A DNA stretch of 64,000 bases from Bdellovibrionaceae bacterium UBA2339 (GCA_002344785.1 DDUL01000033.1:43238-107237), one strand, 5' to 3'. Counted from the stretch's first letter, positions 35,546-45,748 are shown. Made by a program: numbers and translations. The notes: a model not told the origin generated them from the letters alone.

Positions 35546-36730
35546 TCACACGCGTTCAATCACCATCGCGACAGCTTCGCCTCCACCAATACAAAGAGTC
35601 GCCAAGCCGTAGCGCTTCTGATGCATGTGCAGGGCGTGAGTGAGTGTGGTGAGAATGCGAGCACCTGATGCTCCAATGGGGTGTCCCAATGCGACGGCGC
35701 CACCATTCACATTGACTCGATCATGCGCCAATTTGAATTCCTTCATCGCCACCATGGTGACAGCCGCAAAGGCCTCGTTAATTTCAAAGAGGTCGATGTC
35801 GTTCATGCCAAGTCCTGCACGATCAACAGCCTTCTTCATGGCGCCGGCGGGAGCCGTTGTGAACCATTTCGGGTCATGCGCATGCGTGGCATAAGAAACA
35901 ATGCGAGCCAGCGGACGAGCCGAGGTCTCTTGCAGCATCTTCTCGCTCATGAGGACAACGGCGGCGGCGCCATCGTTAATCTTGGACGCATTCGCGGCCG
36001 TGACACTTCCAGCCTTATCGAAAGCAGGCTTGAGCGTCGGGACTTTGCTGAAATCCGTCTTTCCCGGCTCTTCATCTTGAGTGATTTGCATTGGACCCTT
36101 ACGGCTCGCCACTTCCACCGCGACGATTTCATTTTTGAAATAGCCTTCGGCTTGGGCCTTTTGGGCCCGCTTGTAGGATTCAATCGCGAAAGCATCCTGT
36201 TGTTCGCGTGTGAAGGAGTTCTCCTTCACGCACAGCTCGGCCGCCATTCCCATATGCCAATTGGAGTAGGGATCCCAAAGTCCATCATTCAGCATCGAGT
36301 CCGTCAGCTCGGTGTGCCCCATGCGAAATCCAGATCGAGATTTCGTGAGCAGATGTGGCGCGAGCGTCATATTTTCTTGGCCACCGGCTACGGCAAGATC
36401 CACGTCGCCGAGACGAATGTGATCTGCGGCCAACATCACCGCCATAAGGCCTGAGCCGCAGACTTTGTTGATCGTGAGACACGGAACACTTTGCGGGAGT
36501 TCAGCGTAGAGAGCGGCTTGGCGCGCCGGAGCTTGGCCGACGCCCGCCGTCAAAACTTCACCCATAATGACTTCTTGAACACGCGCCGCGAGCTTTTCGC
36601 GATCGCCGCTTCGGGCCAACGCCTCGCGGATCGCCATCGCGCCCAAGCGTGGAGCTGGTAGATCACTGAATCCGCCTTGAAACGAGGCGATGGGAGTGCG
36701 GACGGCCGATGTCAAAAAGACCTTATTCAT
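35546..36730 (-). CDS. acetyl-CoA C-acetyltransferase (thiolase II)
   Basis: 394 aa with AGGAGGAAG upstream of the ATG. Thiolase signatures are INKVCGSGL (active Cys), NVNGGAVALGHPIGASGARIL and CIGGGEAVA. Confidence 0.93.
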   Translation of the reverse strand: MNKVFLTSAVRTPIASFQGGFSDLPAPRLGAMAIREALARSGDREKLAARVQEVIMGEVLTAGVGQAPARQAALYAELPQSVPCLTINKVCGSGLMAVMLAADHIRLGDVDLAVAGGQENMTLAPHLLTKSRSGFRMGHTELTDSMLNDGLWDPYSNWHMGMAAELCVKENSFTREQQDAFAIESYKRAQKAQAEGYFKNEIVAVEVASRKGPMQITQDEEPGKTDFSKVPTLKPAFDKAGSVTAANASKINDGAAAVVLMSEKMLQETSARPLARIVSYATHAHDPKWFTTAPAGAMKKAVDRAGLGMNDIDLFEINEAFAAVTMVAMKEFKLAHDRVNVNGGAVALGHPIGASGARILTTLTHALHMHQKRYGLATLCIGGGEAVAMVIERV

Positions 36731-36910
36731 TGAGCTTCCTCCTAGTCAGTCGCAAACTCTAGTCGACGGTTCATGAGAGAATGAGAGGAACGCGATCGAG
36801 TCAACCTCCAGTGCGGGCCGCCTAGAGCCTCGGAGCGAATTGATCGCCTCCACCTTGAATGGCCTTCATGGAATTTCGTGCCTCGGCCAGCGCGCCATGG
36901 CTAAGATGAA

Positions 36911-38095
36911 GTGTTCAAGATCCAAAATCAAAGTCGCGAGGTCGATACAGTGTCGAATCTGGAAAAACTAAATTGCTTGAACCCTTCAGCTCGTTCTGGA
37001 GCATTCACTCTGGTGGGCGTGTTGGTGTTGTTAGCCCAATTCTTGATCATTGATATCATTGATATCATTGATATCAATGATCGCGATGTGGCTCATGCCA
37101 ATCCAGCTCGTGAAGCCACCCGCGAACTGCGTTTTAAAGATCAGCCGCTGGAACTACAGGCCAATGATCGCCTCATCGTTCAGATCCCTCGCGGCAGTGT
37201 GCGACTCATTCCCATTGCCGCCGGCGGTACATCGCTGCTCAAGGCGCGTAAAACTCTGAGCGTGAGCCAACCTCCAGCAGCGCTGCTTTCGGCTTTTGAC
37301 AATTTGCAGATTCAAGTGAAACGCGAAGCCGGAATTCTCATGATCGAGTCCAAAGGCCCTGAGACGCGTAGTGCATGGCTCTCAGCGATCGGCGGCAAGG
37401 CCCCCGAACTCCACCTCGAAATTCACGTGCCCGCGCTCTCTTCTGAGGTGCATCTGCATTCAGGTTCCGTGCAAGCGCAAAATTGGAAAGCCGACTTGCG
37501 GGTCACAATCGTCGAAGGAAGTCTTCGTGTGCAACAAAGTGTCGGACAGCTCGACGCCTTTGTTTCGCGAGGTGAGGCGAGAATTGAGAACCATAAAGGT
37601 CAAGTGCAGCTTGAATCACATGCTGCGAAAATCGGGATTCAAAACTTAGATGGCGATTTGCGCATTGGCAATTTTGCTGGCGAATCGAATCTGCAACAGA
37701 TCAAAGGCCAAGTCGTCGTTCGACATAATTCGGGAACTCTCCAAATCCAAAAACTCAACGGAGCCTTGGACTTCGATTCCGACCGTGGTCAGGTCAATGC
37801 TCAAGGCATCGAGGGGCAAGTCAAAGGCTACGCCGCCGATGGCCAAATCCAGCTCGGCCTGGCTGGCGAGGCTGATGTGAAATTGGAAACCCTCGAGGCC
37901 GGCGTGCAAATCTCAGCGGCGAAAGGCATGGGATACTCGCTCCGGATGAATTCGACGGAGGGGCAGATTGTCGCGCCTGCAGGCGTTGAAGTCAGTCGCG
38001 GGACAGGGCCGAAGTCAGCTCAGGGGCGACTTCCAGGCGTCGCGAAAGGTCAAATTGTGGTGCGAACTCAACGAGGCACAATTCGAGTTCGTTGA
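36911..38095 (+). CDS. DUF4097-like beta-strand-repeat (putative adhesin fold) exported protein
   Basis: 394 aa with TM/signal FTLVGVLVLLAQFLI. The C-terminus carries repeated G-x-[VIL]-x-[VIL] strand units (GSLRVQQSVGQLDAFVSRGEARIENHKGQVQLESHAAKIGIQNLDGDLRIGN..). The start is uncertain (GTG 36911). Confidence 0.6.
   Translation: MFKIQNQSREVDTVSNLEKLNCLNPSARSGAFTLVGVLVLLAQFLIIDIIDIIDINDRDVAHANPAREATRELRFKDQPLELQANDRLIVQIPRGSVRLIPIAAGGTSLLKARKTLSVSQPPAALLSAFDNLQIQVKREAGILMIESKGPETRSAWLSAIGGKAPELHLEIHVPALSSEVHLHSGSVQAQNWKADLRVTIVEGSLRVQQSVGQLDAFVSRGEARIENHKGQVQLESHAAKIGIQNLDGDLRIGNFAGESNLQQIKGQVVVRHNSGTLQIQKLNGALDFDSDRGQVNAQGIEGQVKGYAADGQIQLGLAGEADVKLETLEAGVQISAAKGMGYSLRMNSTEGQIVAPAGVEVSRGTGPKSAQGRLPGVAKGQIVVRTQRGTIRVR
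37043..37086. repeat. in-frame 9-bp tandem repeat (TGATATCAT, 3 good + 2 degenerate copies)
   Basis: The sequence ttgatcat tgatatcat tgatatcat tgatatcaa tgatcgcga encodes LIIDIIDIIDINDRD. Each full unit contains a GATATC palindrome. Confidence 0.85.
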
Positions 38096-38182
38096 TTTCA
38101 AATCAGCCGCCGCGTGAGTTTTGTTCGCTGGGCGGCGAAGAGCTTTTGACAAAGCTCAAGGGGGCTGAGATTTTCGGTCCCT

Positions 38183-39034
38183 ATGAGCAAAGCCAGTAAG
38201 TCGTCATCGTCCAATAAATCCGGCAAATCCAGCGCGACATCCAAGGGTAAGGCCGTCAAGGCAAAGCCCGTCAAGGCGTCCGCTAAATCGAGTCCTGCCA
38301 AAGCCAAGGCATCCGCCAAGCCCAGTGCCGCCACAAAGGCTAAACCCGCAAAGGGAAGCCCAAAGGCCAGCGCCGCTAAAGCGACGAAGCCGACAGGTAA
38401 GACCCCCGCGAAGGTGCCGGCCGGTAAAGGCAAGGCGATTGAGGCTTCTGGAAAGAAGGCCATCAAGGCGGTCGTCACTGGCAAAAAAATCGAAGCGAAA
38501 AAGCCTGAGACCGCCGCTCCTAAGGCTGCAAAAGGTGGGAAAGAGTCGACTAAAACTGCAGCACAAGTGTCGAAGCCTGTTGCTGAAACCAAGCTCCAGC
38601 CGCCTCCGGGTCAGAGTTTGGAAGAGATGCTGGCCGAGGCCGAGTCCGCTGAAGAGCTTGTCATCACGGATGCCGACGGTCGGAGATTTTGTCGAATTCG
38701 AGATTGCGATCAGCTAGCGCAAAGCGACGCTTACTGCCGCTTTCATTACATTCAACTTTGGAAACACATCCAAGGTCGACGATCCATACTTTCGGAAGGC
38801 AAACTCGAAAGATACATCGAGGAATTGACGGCTCGTTACCCCGATAAGTTTCTCGAGATTTTGCGCAAAGATCTTCGCGTCGAGAAGGACTTCCTTGCGG
38901 CTATTGCCGAGCTTGAAATCGACGAGTCGGCTGTCGAGGCTGAATTCGAAGAGGATGAGAATCAAAGTGATCTTTACGAGGTTCAGCGTATGTCTGACGC
39001 TGGTACCGAGAGAGCTGAGGACGATAGCTTCTAA
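38183..39034 (+). CDS. Lys/Ala/Pro-rich histone-H1-like protein with C-terminal Cys3His domain
   Basis: 283 aa. The first ~135 aa are essentially K/A/S/P/G/T (..KGKAVKAKPVKASAKSSPAKAKASAKPSAATKAKPAKG..). These are followed by CRIRDCDQLAQSDAYCRFHY (C-x4-C-x9-C-x2-H) and an acidic helical tail. Confidence 0.75.
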   Translation: MSKASKSSSSNKSGKSSATSKGKAVKAKPVKASAKSSPAKAKASAKPSAATKAKPAKGSPKASAAKATKPTGKTPAKVPAGKGKAIEASGKKAIKAVVTGKKIEAKKPETAAPKAAKGGKESTKTAAQVSKPVAETKLQPPPGQSLEEMLAEAESAEELVITDADGRRFCRIRDCDQLAQSDAYCRFHYIQLWKHIQGRRSILSEGKLERYIEELTARYPDKFLEILRKDLRVEKDFLAAIAELEIDESAVEAEFEEDENQSDLYEVQRMSDAGTERAEDDSF

Positions 39035-39077
39035 AGCCTCAGTTCGAGTTCAAAATCGAGTTGAAACATCAAAAAAA

Positions 39078-39102
39078 CCCCTGAGATCCTCAGGGGTTTT
39101 TT
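39078..39102. terminator. bidirectional intrinsic terminator between convergent genes
   Basis: AAAAAAA-CCCCTGAG-atc-CTCAGGGG-TTTTTT: a GC-rich 8-bp stem flanked by an A-run and a T-run. It lies between 38183-39034 (+) and 39198-39827 (-). Confidence 0.85.
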
Positions 39103-39197
39103 AGTATCGAGCGTTTGAGTTACATAATACTTTTTTAGCGAAAGTAGTCGCTCGGAGATTCGGCTCGGCTACGAATCAATAGTTGATTCGATTTCGA

Positions 39198-39827
39198 TCA
39201 ATGTTCGACGGGTCGGAAGCGCCCGGCGCGAATGGCTTGAGAGACTTGCTCGGCGAGTTCGGGATCGACCTCGGCACGCACCAAGGCATCTTGAGATGTC
39301 TCAGGCTGCACATCGGATTCGTTGTAAAGCGCGCTGCCACCAAGGCCCAACAGGCGATCGGCCTCGGCCTCCAGGGCTGTATTGGCCGTTGAATATTTCA
39401 AATAGACAGGATGGCCATCGAATTCATGCTCTTCCCAGCGCAGTGGGTACTCGATCTCTTCGCCTTCATCTTCGCGAAGATGTTCAAAGTGAGACTCAAA
39501 CACGGCGCCCAGCACATCGATGGCAAAAAACAATTTATCCATCGCCTTTTCGTTGGGCGAATGGTCGACGGATACTTCAAAGTTGGTTTGCTTCAGCCGG
39601 CCCTTTTGAAGGTAGCCGATTTGCAGCAGAATCTCGTCGGCGTAAATGCGACCCTGCACCAAAAATTCGCCAGCCTCAGACTCATCACGAAAATTTTGAG
39701 CAAAGACTTGGGCCGCCTTTTGACTGAACTCAGGAGGCAAGCCTGTCCAAGATTTCGATGTACTCAAACGTGGCTGCACAGGGACCTCCAGTGTCGAAAA
39801 CCAAGTCACGCGTGGATTACCGCACAA
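39198..39827 (-). CDS. hypothetical acidic protein
   Basis: 209-aa ORF with protein-like composition and no recognisable motif. It is followed on its strand by the 39078-39102 terminator. Confidence 0.55.
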   Translation of the reverse strand: MCGNPRVTWFSTLEVPVQPRLSTSKSWTGLPPEFSQKAAQVFAQNFRDESEAGEFLVQGRIYADEILLQIGYLQKGRLKQTNFEVSVDHSPNEKAMDKLFFAIDVLGAVFESHFEHLREDEGEEIEYPLRWEEHEFDGHPVYLKYSTANTALEAEADRLLGLGGSALYNESDVQPETSQDALVRAEVDPELAEQVSQAIRAGRFRPVEH

Positions 39828-40033
39828 TGCTCAAATGCTTTCGCGAGCAATGAGGCGGCTCCTAAGCCCATCGATCCATCACGTCCAAAATGACACGCTC
39901 ATCGACATGCGGCTTCGAAGAAGGGCGGCAAGTACGAAACTCGCGGGTCATGATCCGGCAGTTTCATTGACTGCGGCTTTGGCGAGGCAATATAACCTGT
40001 CGGATTCACGATCGCAATGCGGAGCGTTCATAG

Positions 40034-41386
40034 GTGTTAAATCAGAACTTGGGTCAGGGTCGGGGCGTCTATATCTCAACCTATGGCTGTCAGATGAACG
40101 TTAATGACACTGAGAGGATGCTCAGCCTCTTAGAAATGGTGAATTTTGTACCTGTCGAGTCTCCTGACAGAGCCGATCTGATCATCCTGAACTCTTGCTC
40201 AGTCCGCGAGAAACCCGTTCATAAAATTCACTCCGAGGTGGGTCGATATCGCGAACTCAAAGAGAAGAATTCGTCGCTCAAAATCGGTGTGGGCGGCTGC
40301 GTGGCTCAGCAGGAAAAAGACAAGCTCCTTAAAGACATTCCGCTTTTGGACTTTGTCTTTGGCACCGACGCCATCGATCAACTCCCAGAGCTTGTGGCGC
40401 GAGCCTACCTCAGCGGCGAAAAACAAGTGTCCGCTCGTTTCGAGCATGATCGACCTTATAGCGTCGAAACCATGGTTCGTAATCCTGGCATATCCGTTTT
40501 CGTCAACATCATGAAGGGCTGCGACAATTTCTGCACCTTTTGTGTCGTGCCCTACACGCGTGGTCGCGAGCGATCGAGAGATCTCAGCGAACTCGTCCAG
40601 GACATTCGGGCGTTGACTGCTCGAGGTGTGAAGGAAGTGACGCTACTGGGGCAGAATGTGAACTCCTATAAGAGTCAGGGTGGAGAAAATTTCGCCCAGC
40701 TGCTGAAGGTGATCGCGGAAGATACGGACATTGAGCGAATTCGATACACGACTTCACACCCCAAGGACTTCAATCAAGAGCTTGTCGATATTTCGGCGCG
40801 CTATCGCTCGAAAATTTGCGACTACATTCACTTGCCGGCGCAAAGCGGGAATTCGGAAGTTCTGCAGCGAATGAATCGCGGTTACACGCGTGAAGAGTAT
40901 CTCGACAAAGTGACGATGATTCGCCAGGGAATTCCTGGTGTCGTGTTGTCGACGGATCTGATTGTCGGCTTTCCGGGAGAAACTGAGGCGCAATTTGAAG
41001 ACACGCGAACGCTCGTGGAACAAGTGCGCTACGATAATATCTACGCTTTCAACTACAGCCCGCGTCCATTCACCAAGGCGGCCCGTTGGCCCGATCAGCT
41101 GCCACCTGAGGAAAAGCAACGGCGACTTGATATTCTTTTGAAACTCCAGCGCGAAATCGCTTTCGATCTGGCGAAGCATGACGATGGTCAAGTGTTTGAC
41201 GTTTTGTTCGAACGTGAAACTGACCTCAAGGGCCAGATCCAAGGGCGAACAACAAAAAACAAAATTGTATTTGTCGACTCCGACCCTACGATCATTGGCC
41301 AAACACTTCCTGTCCGCATCCTCAAAGCCTTTCCCAATGTTCTACGAGGAGAGGTGATGCCAAGTCCGAGCGAGGTCATGGCGTGA
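40034..41386 (+). CDS. miaB: tRNA-2-methylthio-N6-dimethylallyladenosine synthase
   Basis: UPF0004 N-domain YISTYGCQMNVNDTERM, radical-SAM CDNFCTFCVVPYTRGRERS, and a C-terminal TRAM domain. Confidence 0.92.
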   Translation: MLNQNLGQGRGVYISTYGCQMNVNDTERMLSLLEMVNFVPVESPDRADLIILNSCSVREKPVHKIHSEVGRYRELKEKNSSLKIGVGGCVAQQEKDKLLKDIPLLDFVFGTDAIDQLPELVARAYLSGEKQVSARFEHDRPYSVETMVRNPGISVFVNIMKGCDNFCTFCVVPYTRGRERSRDLSELVQDIRALTARGVKEVTLLGQNVNSYKSQGGENFAQLLKVIAEDTDIERIRYTTSHPKDFNQELVDISARYRSKICDYIHLPAQSGNSEVLQRMNRGYTREEYLDKVTMIRQGIPGVVLSTDLIVGFPGETEAQFEDTRTLVEQVRYDNIYAFNYSPRPFTKAARWPDQLPPEEKQRRLDILLKLQREIAFDLAKHDDGQVFDVLFERETDLKGQIQGRTTKNKIVFVDSDPTIIGQTLPVRILKAFPNVLRGEVMPSPSEVMA

Positions 41387-42054
41387 AGGGCGAATCGAAC
41401 TCCGATCAAAATCGCAGAGAGCCACAAGGGACCTCGACGGCTAAGCGAACGCGTCGTCGCGTCGTCGCCGCCTCAGTCGATGTGAGCAAGGCGGAAACAT
41501 GGGTGGAAGTGTTCCCGAGCGGGATCGTCTTGGCGCCTGGTTCAATTCGTCCGGTTTTGCTTTTGAAGACGGCGGATCAAGCGGAAGTCCTGCCGATTTG
41601 GATGGGTGGCTTGGATGCAGGTGTGAGTCTGAATCAACTGTCGCAAGGCGGGGAAGGATCGCCGCATGTTGGGCTCGTGGCGCTTTGTGAGCGTCTCGGA
41701 GTGACGGAAGTGAGATGTCAGATCGCCGAGCGAGTCGGGCATCATCAATATTGCAAAATTGAATTTTCCTGTGCGTCGCCACTCACCGAGACTTGGCTGC
41801 GAGAAGGCTTAAGACTTCGCGTGGACGAAGCGATGAGCTTTTGTTTGGCACTTCGAGCTCGATTCTTCAGTGAGAAGAACTTCATGCGGGACTGTCGGGT
41901 TCTCAACCAAGAGATTGAAACTCTTCAGGAAGGCCTCACGCAGGGTGAGTTCATGCAGGCTTTTCCCGAATTCGGCCTGAATCATGAAGAAAATGAAATG
42001 GACGACGAAAATGAGGGCGAAATGCTTGGCAAAAAGACTCGCTACATGATGTGA
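41383..42054 (+). CDS. bifunctional nuclease (DUF151/BFN) family protein
   Basis: GTG 41383 overlaps the miaB stop (GTGA). PVLLLKTADQAEVLPIWMGGLDAGVSLNQL..SPHVGLVALCERLGVTEVRCQI matches the BFN core layout. It has an acidic C-terminal extension. Confidence 0.65.
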   Translation: MKGESNSDQNRREPQGTSTAKRTRRRVVAASVDVSKAETWVEVFPSGIVLAPGSIRPVLLLKTADQAEVLPIWMGGLDAGVSLNQLSQGGEGSPHVGLVALCERLGVTEVRCQIAERVGHHQYCKIEFSCASPLTETWLREGLRLRVDEAMSFCLALRARFFSEKNFMRDCRVLNQEIETLQEGLTQGEFMQAFPEFGLNHEENEMDDENEGEMLGKKTRYMM

Positions 42055-42064
42055 TGCCAAAGGC

Positions 42065-42622
42065 ATGAAGCCTACCATCATGCCCCCGATCTTACTCCCC
42101 CTTCTGGGATATACTCCTGAAATTGGTTCTGGAACATTTGTCGCGCCTTCTGCCGCTTTGATTGGTGATGTGAAAGTCGGCAAGGATTGCTCGATTTGGT
42201 TTTCGAGCGTTTTGCGCGGAGACGTCGGCCCGATCAGCATTGGCGATGAGACCAACATTCAAGACGGAAGCGTCATTCACGGCACTTACAAGAAGGCATT
42301 CGCGAGCATTGGCCGAAGAGTAACCATCGGGCATATGGTGATGCTGCATGGGTGTCAGATTGGCGACTTGTGCCTGATCGGAATGGGATCGACCATCATG
42401 GATGGAGCAAAGATCCCGTCGCGAAGCATTGTCGGCGCGGGGTCATTGGTGACTGAGGGCTTCAATTGGGCCGAAGAAGGTTGGTTGATTCTCGGGCGAC
42501 CCGCTAAGGCGAAACGTAAACTGACCCCGGAAGAACTCGCCTTTCTCGATCAGTCTGCGGATAATTATTTGCGCTATAAAGATTGGTACTTGAATCCTAC
42601 TCGCTACGGAGCACGTCCATGA
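42065..42622 (+). CDS. gamma-carbonic-anhydrase-family (left-handed beta-helix, YrdA/PaaY-like) protein
   Basis: Hexapeptide repeats with GYTPEIGSGTFVAPSAALIGDVKVGKDCSIWFSSVLRGDVGPISIGDETNIQDGSVIHG and a C-terminal helix. Confidence 0.85.
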   Translation: MKPTIMPPILLPLLGYTPEIGSGTFVAPSAALIGDVKVGKDCSIWFSSVLRGDVGPISIGDETNIQDGSVIHGTYKKAFASIGRRVTIGHMVMLHGCQIGDLCLIGMGSTIMDGAKIPSRSIVGAGSLVTEGFNWAEEGWLILGRPAKAKRKLTPEELAFLDQSADNYLRYKDWYLNPTRYGARP

Positions 42623-44088
42623 GAACGAATTCGGAGATTCAATTCGCCCTGACCTTTGATGACATTCTCTTGGTGCCTCAGTACTCGGAAGTCATTCCCA
42701 GCCAGGTGACGACAAAGTCGCATTTTGCTCGAGATCTTTGGCTGCATTCACCAATCATCTCCGCCGCGATGGATACGGTGACGGAAAACAAAATGGCCAG
42801 AGTGATGGCGCAAAACGGTGGCCTGGGTATCGTTCACAAGAATCTTTCGATCGCGGAACAAGCTTTAGAAGTCGAGCGAGTTAAAAAGTACGAGTCGGGA
42901 ATGATTCGTGACCCCATCACGTTGCCTCCGACCAAAAAGGTCAGCGACGCTCTTGAGATTATGCGAAAGTATTCGATTTCGGGTGTGCCGATCTCTATCG
43001 ACGGAATGCTGGTTGGCATCCTCACCAACCGAGATTTGCGATTTGAAACGAATGTGGATCAGCCGATTGAAAATGTCATGACGAAGAAGGATCAGCTCGT
43101 CACGGCTGAAGTTGGAACAACACTCGAAAAGGCCAAGGCGATCTTGCAGCGCCATCGCATCGAAAAGTTACCGATCGTCGATCAGCAGGGGCGATTGAAG
43201 GGACTGATCACGATCAAGGACATTGAGAAAGCCAAAGAGTATCCGACGGCCACGAAGGATCAGCATGGGCGACTCTGCGTTGGAGCGGCGGTCGGTATCG
43301 ACGCGACCTCGCGGGAACGCTCGCAAGCTCTCGTTGCGGCGGGTGTCGATGTCTTGGTGATCGATACAGCACACGGGCACTCAAAAAATGTTTTGGAAAT
43401 GGTGGGCTGGGCGAGAAAGCAATTTCCGGATGTGATCATCGCTGCAGGCAATGTCGTCACCGCCGAGGCCACCGAGGCTTTGGTTCGCAAAGGCGCCGAC
43501 GTGGTGAAAGTTGGGATCGGGCCGGGTTCGATTTGTACGACAAGAGTGGTGGCGGGTGTCGGCATGCCTCAAATCTCGGCCGTCATGGAATGTTCGGCGG
43601 CCGCTAAGAAACTCAAAGCCACGATCATTGCAGATGGTGGTGTGAAGTTTTCTGGCGATATCACCAAGGCACTCGCTCTTGGAGCATCGTCGGTGATGAT
43701 CGGGAATTTGCTCGCGGGTTGCGACGAGTCTCCGGGTGAGAGCCTTCTCTATCAGGGTCGAACTTATAAAGTGTATCGCGGTATGGGATCTTTGGGAGCC
43801 ATGGCGAAGGGCTCAAAGGACAGATATTTTCAAGGTGATGTCCATGAGTTTGATAAGCTTGTGCCAGAAGGGATCGAGGGCCGCGTGCCCTATAAAGGTT
43901 CCGCGTCGGTGCTCTTGCACCAACTGTTGGGCGGCGTAAAGAGCGGCATGGGATACATGGGAGCCGCGAGCATTGCGGACCTGCAGGAGCGCGCGCGCTT
44001 CGTACAGATCTCGACGGCAGGCCTCAAAGAGTCCCATGTTCATGATGTCAGTATCACGAAGGAAGCGCCGAACTATCGACTGGAGTAG
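42619..44088 (+). CDS. guaB: IMP dehydrogenase
   Basis: ATG 42619 overlaps the upstream stop (ATGA). [15 protein letters not shown], a CBS pair, the catalytic loop [11 protein letters not shown], and the C-terminal ..EAPNYRLE are present. Confidence 0.95.
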   Translation: MRTNSEIQFALTFDDILLVPQYSEVIPSQVTTKSHFARDLWLHSPIISAAMDTVTENKMARVMAQNGGLGIVHKNLSIAEQALEVERVKKYESGMIRDPITLPPTKKVSDALEIMRKYSISGVPISIDGMLVGILTNRDLRFETNVDQPIENVMTKKDQLVTAEVGTTLEKAKAILQRHRIEKLPIVDQQGRLKGLITIKDIEKAKEYPTATKDQHGRLCVGAAVGIDATSRERSQALVAAGVDVLVIDTAHGHSKNVLEMVGWARKQFPDVIIAAGNVVTAEATEALVRKGADVVKVGIGPGSICTTRVVAGVGMPQISAVMECSAAAKKLKATIIADGGVKFSGDITKALALGASSVMIGNLLAGCDESPGESLLYQGRTYKVYRGMGSLGAMAKGSKDRYFQGDVHEFDKLVPEGIEGRVPYKGSASVLLHQLLGGVKSGMGYMGAASIADLQERARFVQISTAGLKESHVHDVSITKEAPNYRLE

Positions 44089-44090
44089 TG

Positions 44091-45653
44091 ATGAGCACGA
44101 TCAATTCGGGTTGGAATCAGCGGGTAGAGGGTGGCTTCGTCGTTCTCGATTTTGGGAGTCAGCTCACGCAACTGATCGCGAGGCGACTCAGAGAGCTGCA
44201 AGTTTTTTCGGAGCTTTTGCCGTTTGACACTCCCATCGACGAGATTCGCGCACGCAAACCTCGTGGCATCATCTTAAGCGGTGGTCCATCGTCAGTTCAT
44301 GAAGCTGATAGTCCCCAAGCTGATGTGGCCGAACTGCGAGAGATCGCGCCGCTCTTGGGCATCTGTTATGGCATGCAATTGATCGCCAAAAATCTCGGGG
44401 GAGTGGTCGAGTCTGCGAGTCATCGCGAGTACGGTGATTGCGGCGTGGATTGGGAAGATCCACTTTCGGCACGTGTGCCGCTCCGCCAGCGGGTGTGGAT
44501 GAGTCATGGCGATGTGGTCAAAGTGCCTCCGCCGGGATTTAGAATCGTCGCAAAGTCGGAGACGGGGCACGCTGCCGCGCTCAAAGGTGAACGGGCTTGG
44601 GCTGTTCAGTTTCACCCCGAAGTGCATCACACTCAGGCGGGACTCGAAATTCTTCGCGACTTTGTGTTTCAACTTTGTGGGGCGCAGCCCACATGGAATT
44701 CGGGTTCAATTGTCGAACATTTACTGGAAGGCGTGCGCGCCAGAGTCGGCGAGACGGATCACGTCCTCTGTGGTCTTTCGGGCGGAGTTGACTCAACGGT
44801 CGTCGCGACTTTGCTCACTGAAGCCTTAGGTGCTGATCGAGTTCACTGTGTGTTTGTGAATAACGGACTTTTGCGCCACGAGGAATTCAATCAGGTTCTT
44901 TCGCAGTATCAGCGCATCGGATTGAACGTCACCGGCGTCGATGCTGAGGTTCAGTTCTTGGAGGCGTTGAGAGGCCTTGAAGATCCTGAGGCCAAACGCA
45001 AGGCGATTGGTCGCGTTTTCATCGAAGTCTTTCAGGACGCTGCCGGACGTTCGGGCGTGCACTATGAGTGGCTGGCGCAAGGCACGCTCTATCCCGATGT
45101 GATTGAATCCGTCAGCCCACGAGGCGCCTCCGTCACCATCAAGTCGCATCACAATGTCGGTGGCTTGCCTGAGAAAATGAAGATGCGTTTGGTGGAACCA
45201 CTCCGCGAACTTTTTAAAGATGAAGTGCGAGCGATTGGACTTGAACTTGATTTGCCTCGCGATGTCCTCTGGCGGCATCCGTTTCCAGGTCCCGGCCTTG
45301 CAATTCGCTGTATTGGTGAGGTGACCAAGGAGAAGCTCGACATCATTCGAGCAGCGGATCATGTGTACATTTCTGCGCTCAGAGAAAAGGGCCTCTACGA
45401 CAAGATTTGGCAGGCCTTCTGCGTGCTCTTGCCGGTGCACACGGTTGGCGTGATGGGCGATGGCCGTACCTATGATCGAGTCCTCGCGCTGCGTGCAGTG
45501 ACCTCGACCGATGGCATGACCGCAGATTGGTATCCATTTGATTTTGCTTTCCTGCGCGAAGTATCGAATCGCATCACCAATCAGGTGAAGGGCATCAATC
45601 GCGTCGTCTACGATGTCACATCCAAGCCGCCGGGCACGATCGAATGGGAGTGA
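44091..45653 (+). CDS. guaA: glutamine-hydrolysing GMP synthase
   Basis: GATase domain with GICYGMQL and H..E, ATP-PPase loop LSGGVDSTV, and the C-terminal dimerisation domain ending PPGTIEWE. The start is ATG 44091 or GTG 44088. Confidence 0.95.
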   Translation: MSTINSGWNQRVEGGFVVLDFGSQLTQLIARRLRELQVFSELLPFDTPIDEIRARKPRGIILSGGPSSVHEADSPQADVAELREIAPLLGICYGMQLIAKNLGGVVESASHREYGDCGVDWEDPLSARVPLRQRVWMSHGDVVKVPPPGFRIVAKSETGHAAALKGERAWAVQFHPEVHHTQAGLEILRDFVFQLCGAQPTWNSGSIVEHLLEGVRARVGETDHVLCGLSGGVDSTVVATLLTEALGADRVHCVFVNNGLLRHEEFNQVLSQYQRIGLNVTGVDAEVQFLEALRGLEDPEAKRKAIGRVFIEVFQDAAGRSGVHYEWLAQGTLYPDVIESVSPRGASVTIKSHHNVGGLPEKMKMRLVEPLRELFKDEVRAIGLELDLPRDVLWRHPFPGPGLAIRCIGEVTKEKLDIIRAADHVYISALREKGLYDKIWQAFCVLLPVHTVGVMGDGRTYDRVLALRAVTSTDGMTADWYPFDFAFLREVSNRITNQVKGINRVVYDVTSKPPGTIEWE

Positions 45654-45748
45654 ATGGCCCACGATTCACTTGGAATGCAATCAAGGGGCTTCGGCTTGAC
45701 CTTGGCTTAAGTTCTTGATGGCCTGCAGGTGAATCGGGGGGGGCAGTC

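Noticed and set aside
38098-38592. 164-aa ORF antisense to the Lys/Ala-rich gene
   Set aside because: Its Ala/Leu/Gly/Phe-rich sequence is the mirror image of the GCN/AAR codon repeats of the sense gene. It has no independent start context or motif, so it is a compositional artefact.
39172-39190. Hairpin CGAATCAA-TAG-TTGATTCG just after the stop of 39198-39827
   Set aside because: The stem is AT-rich and has no U-run on the relevant (minus) strand. The strong bidirectional terminator at 39078-39102 already explains termination.
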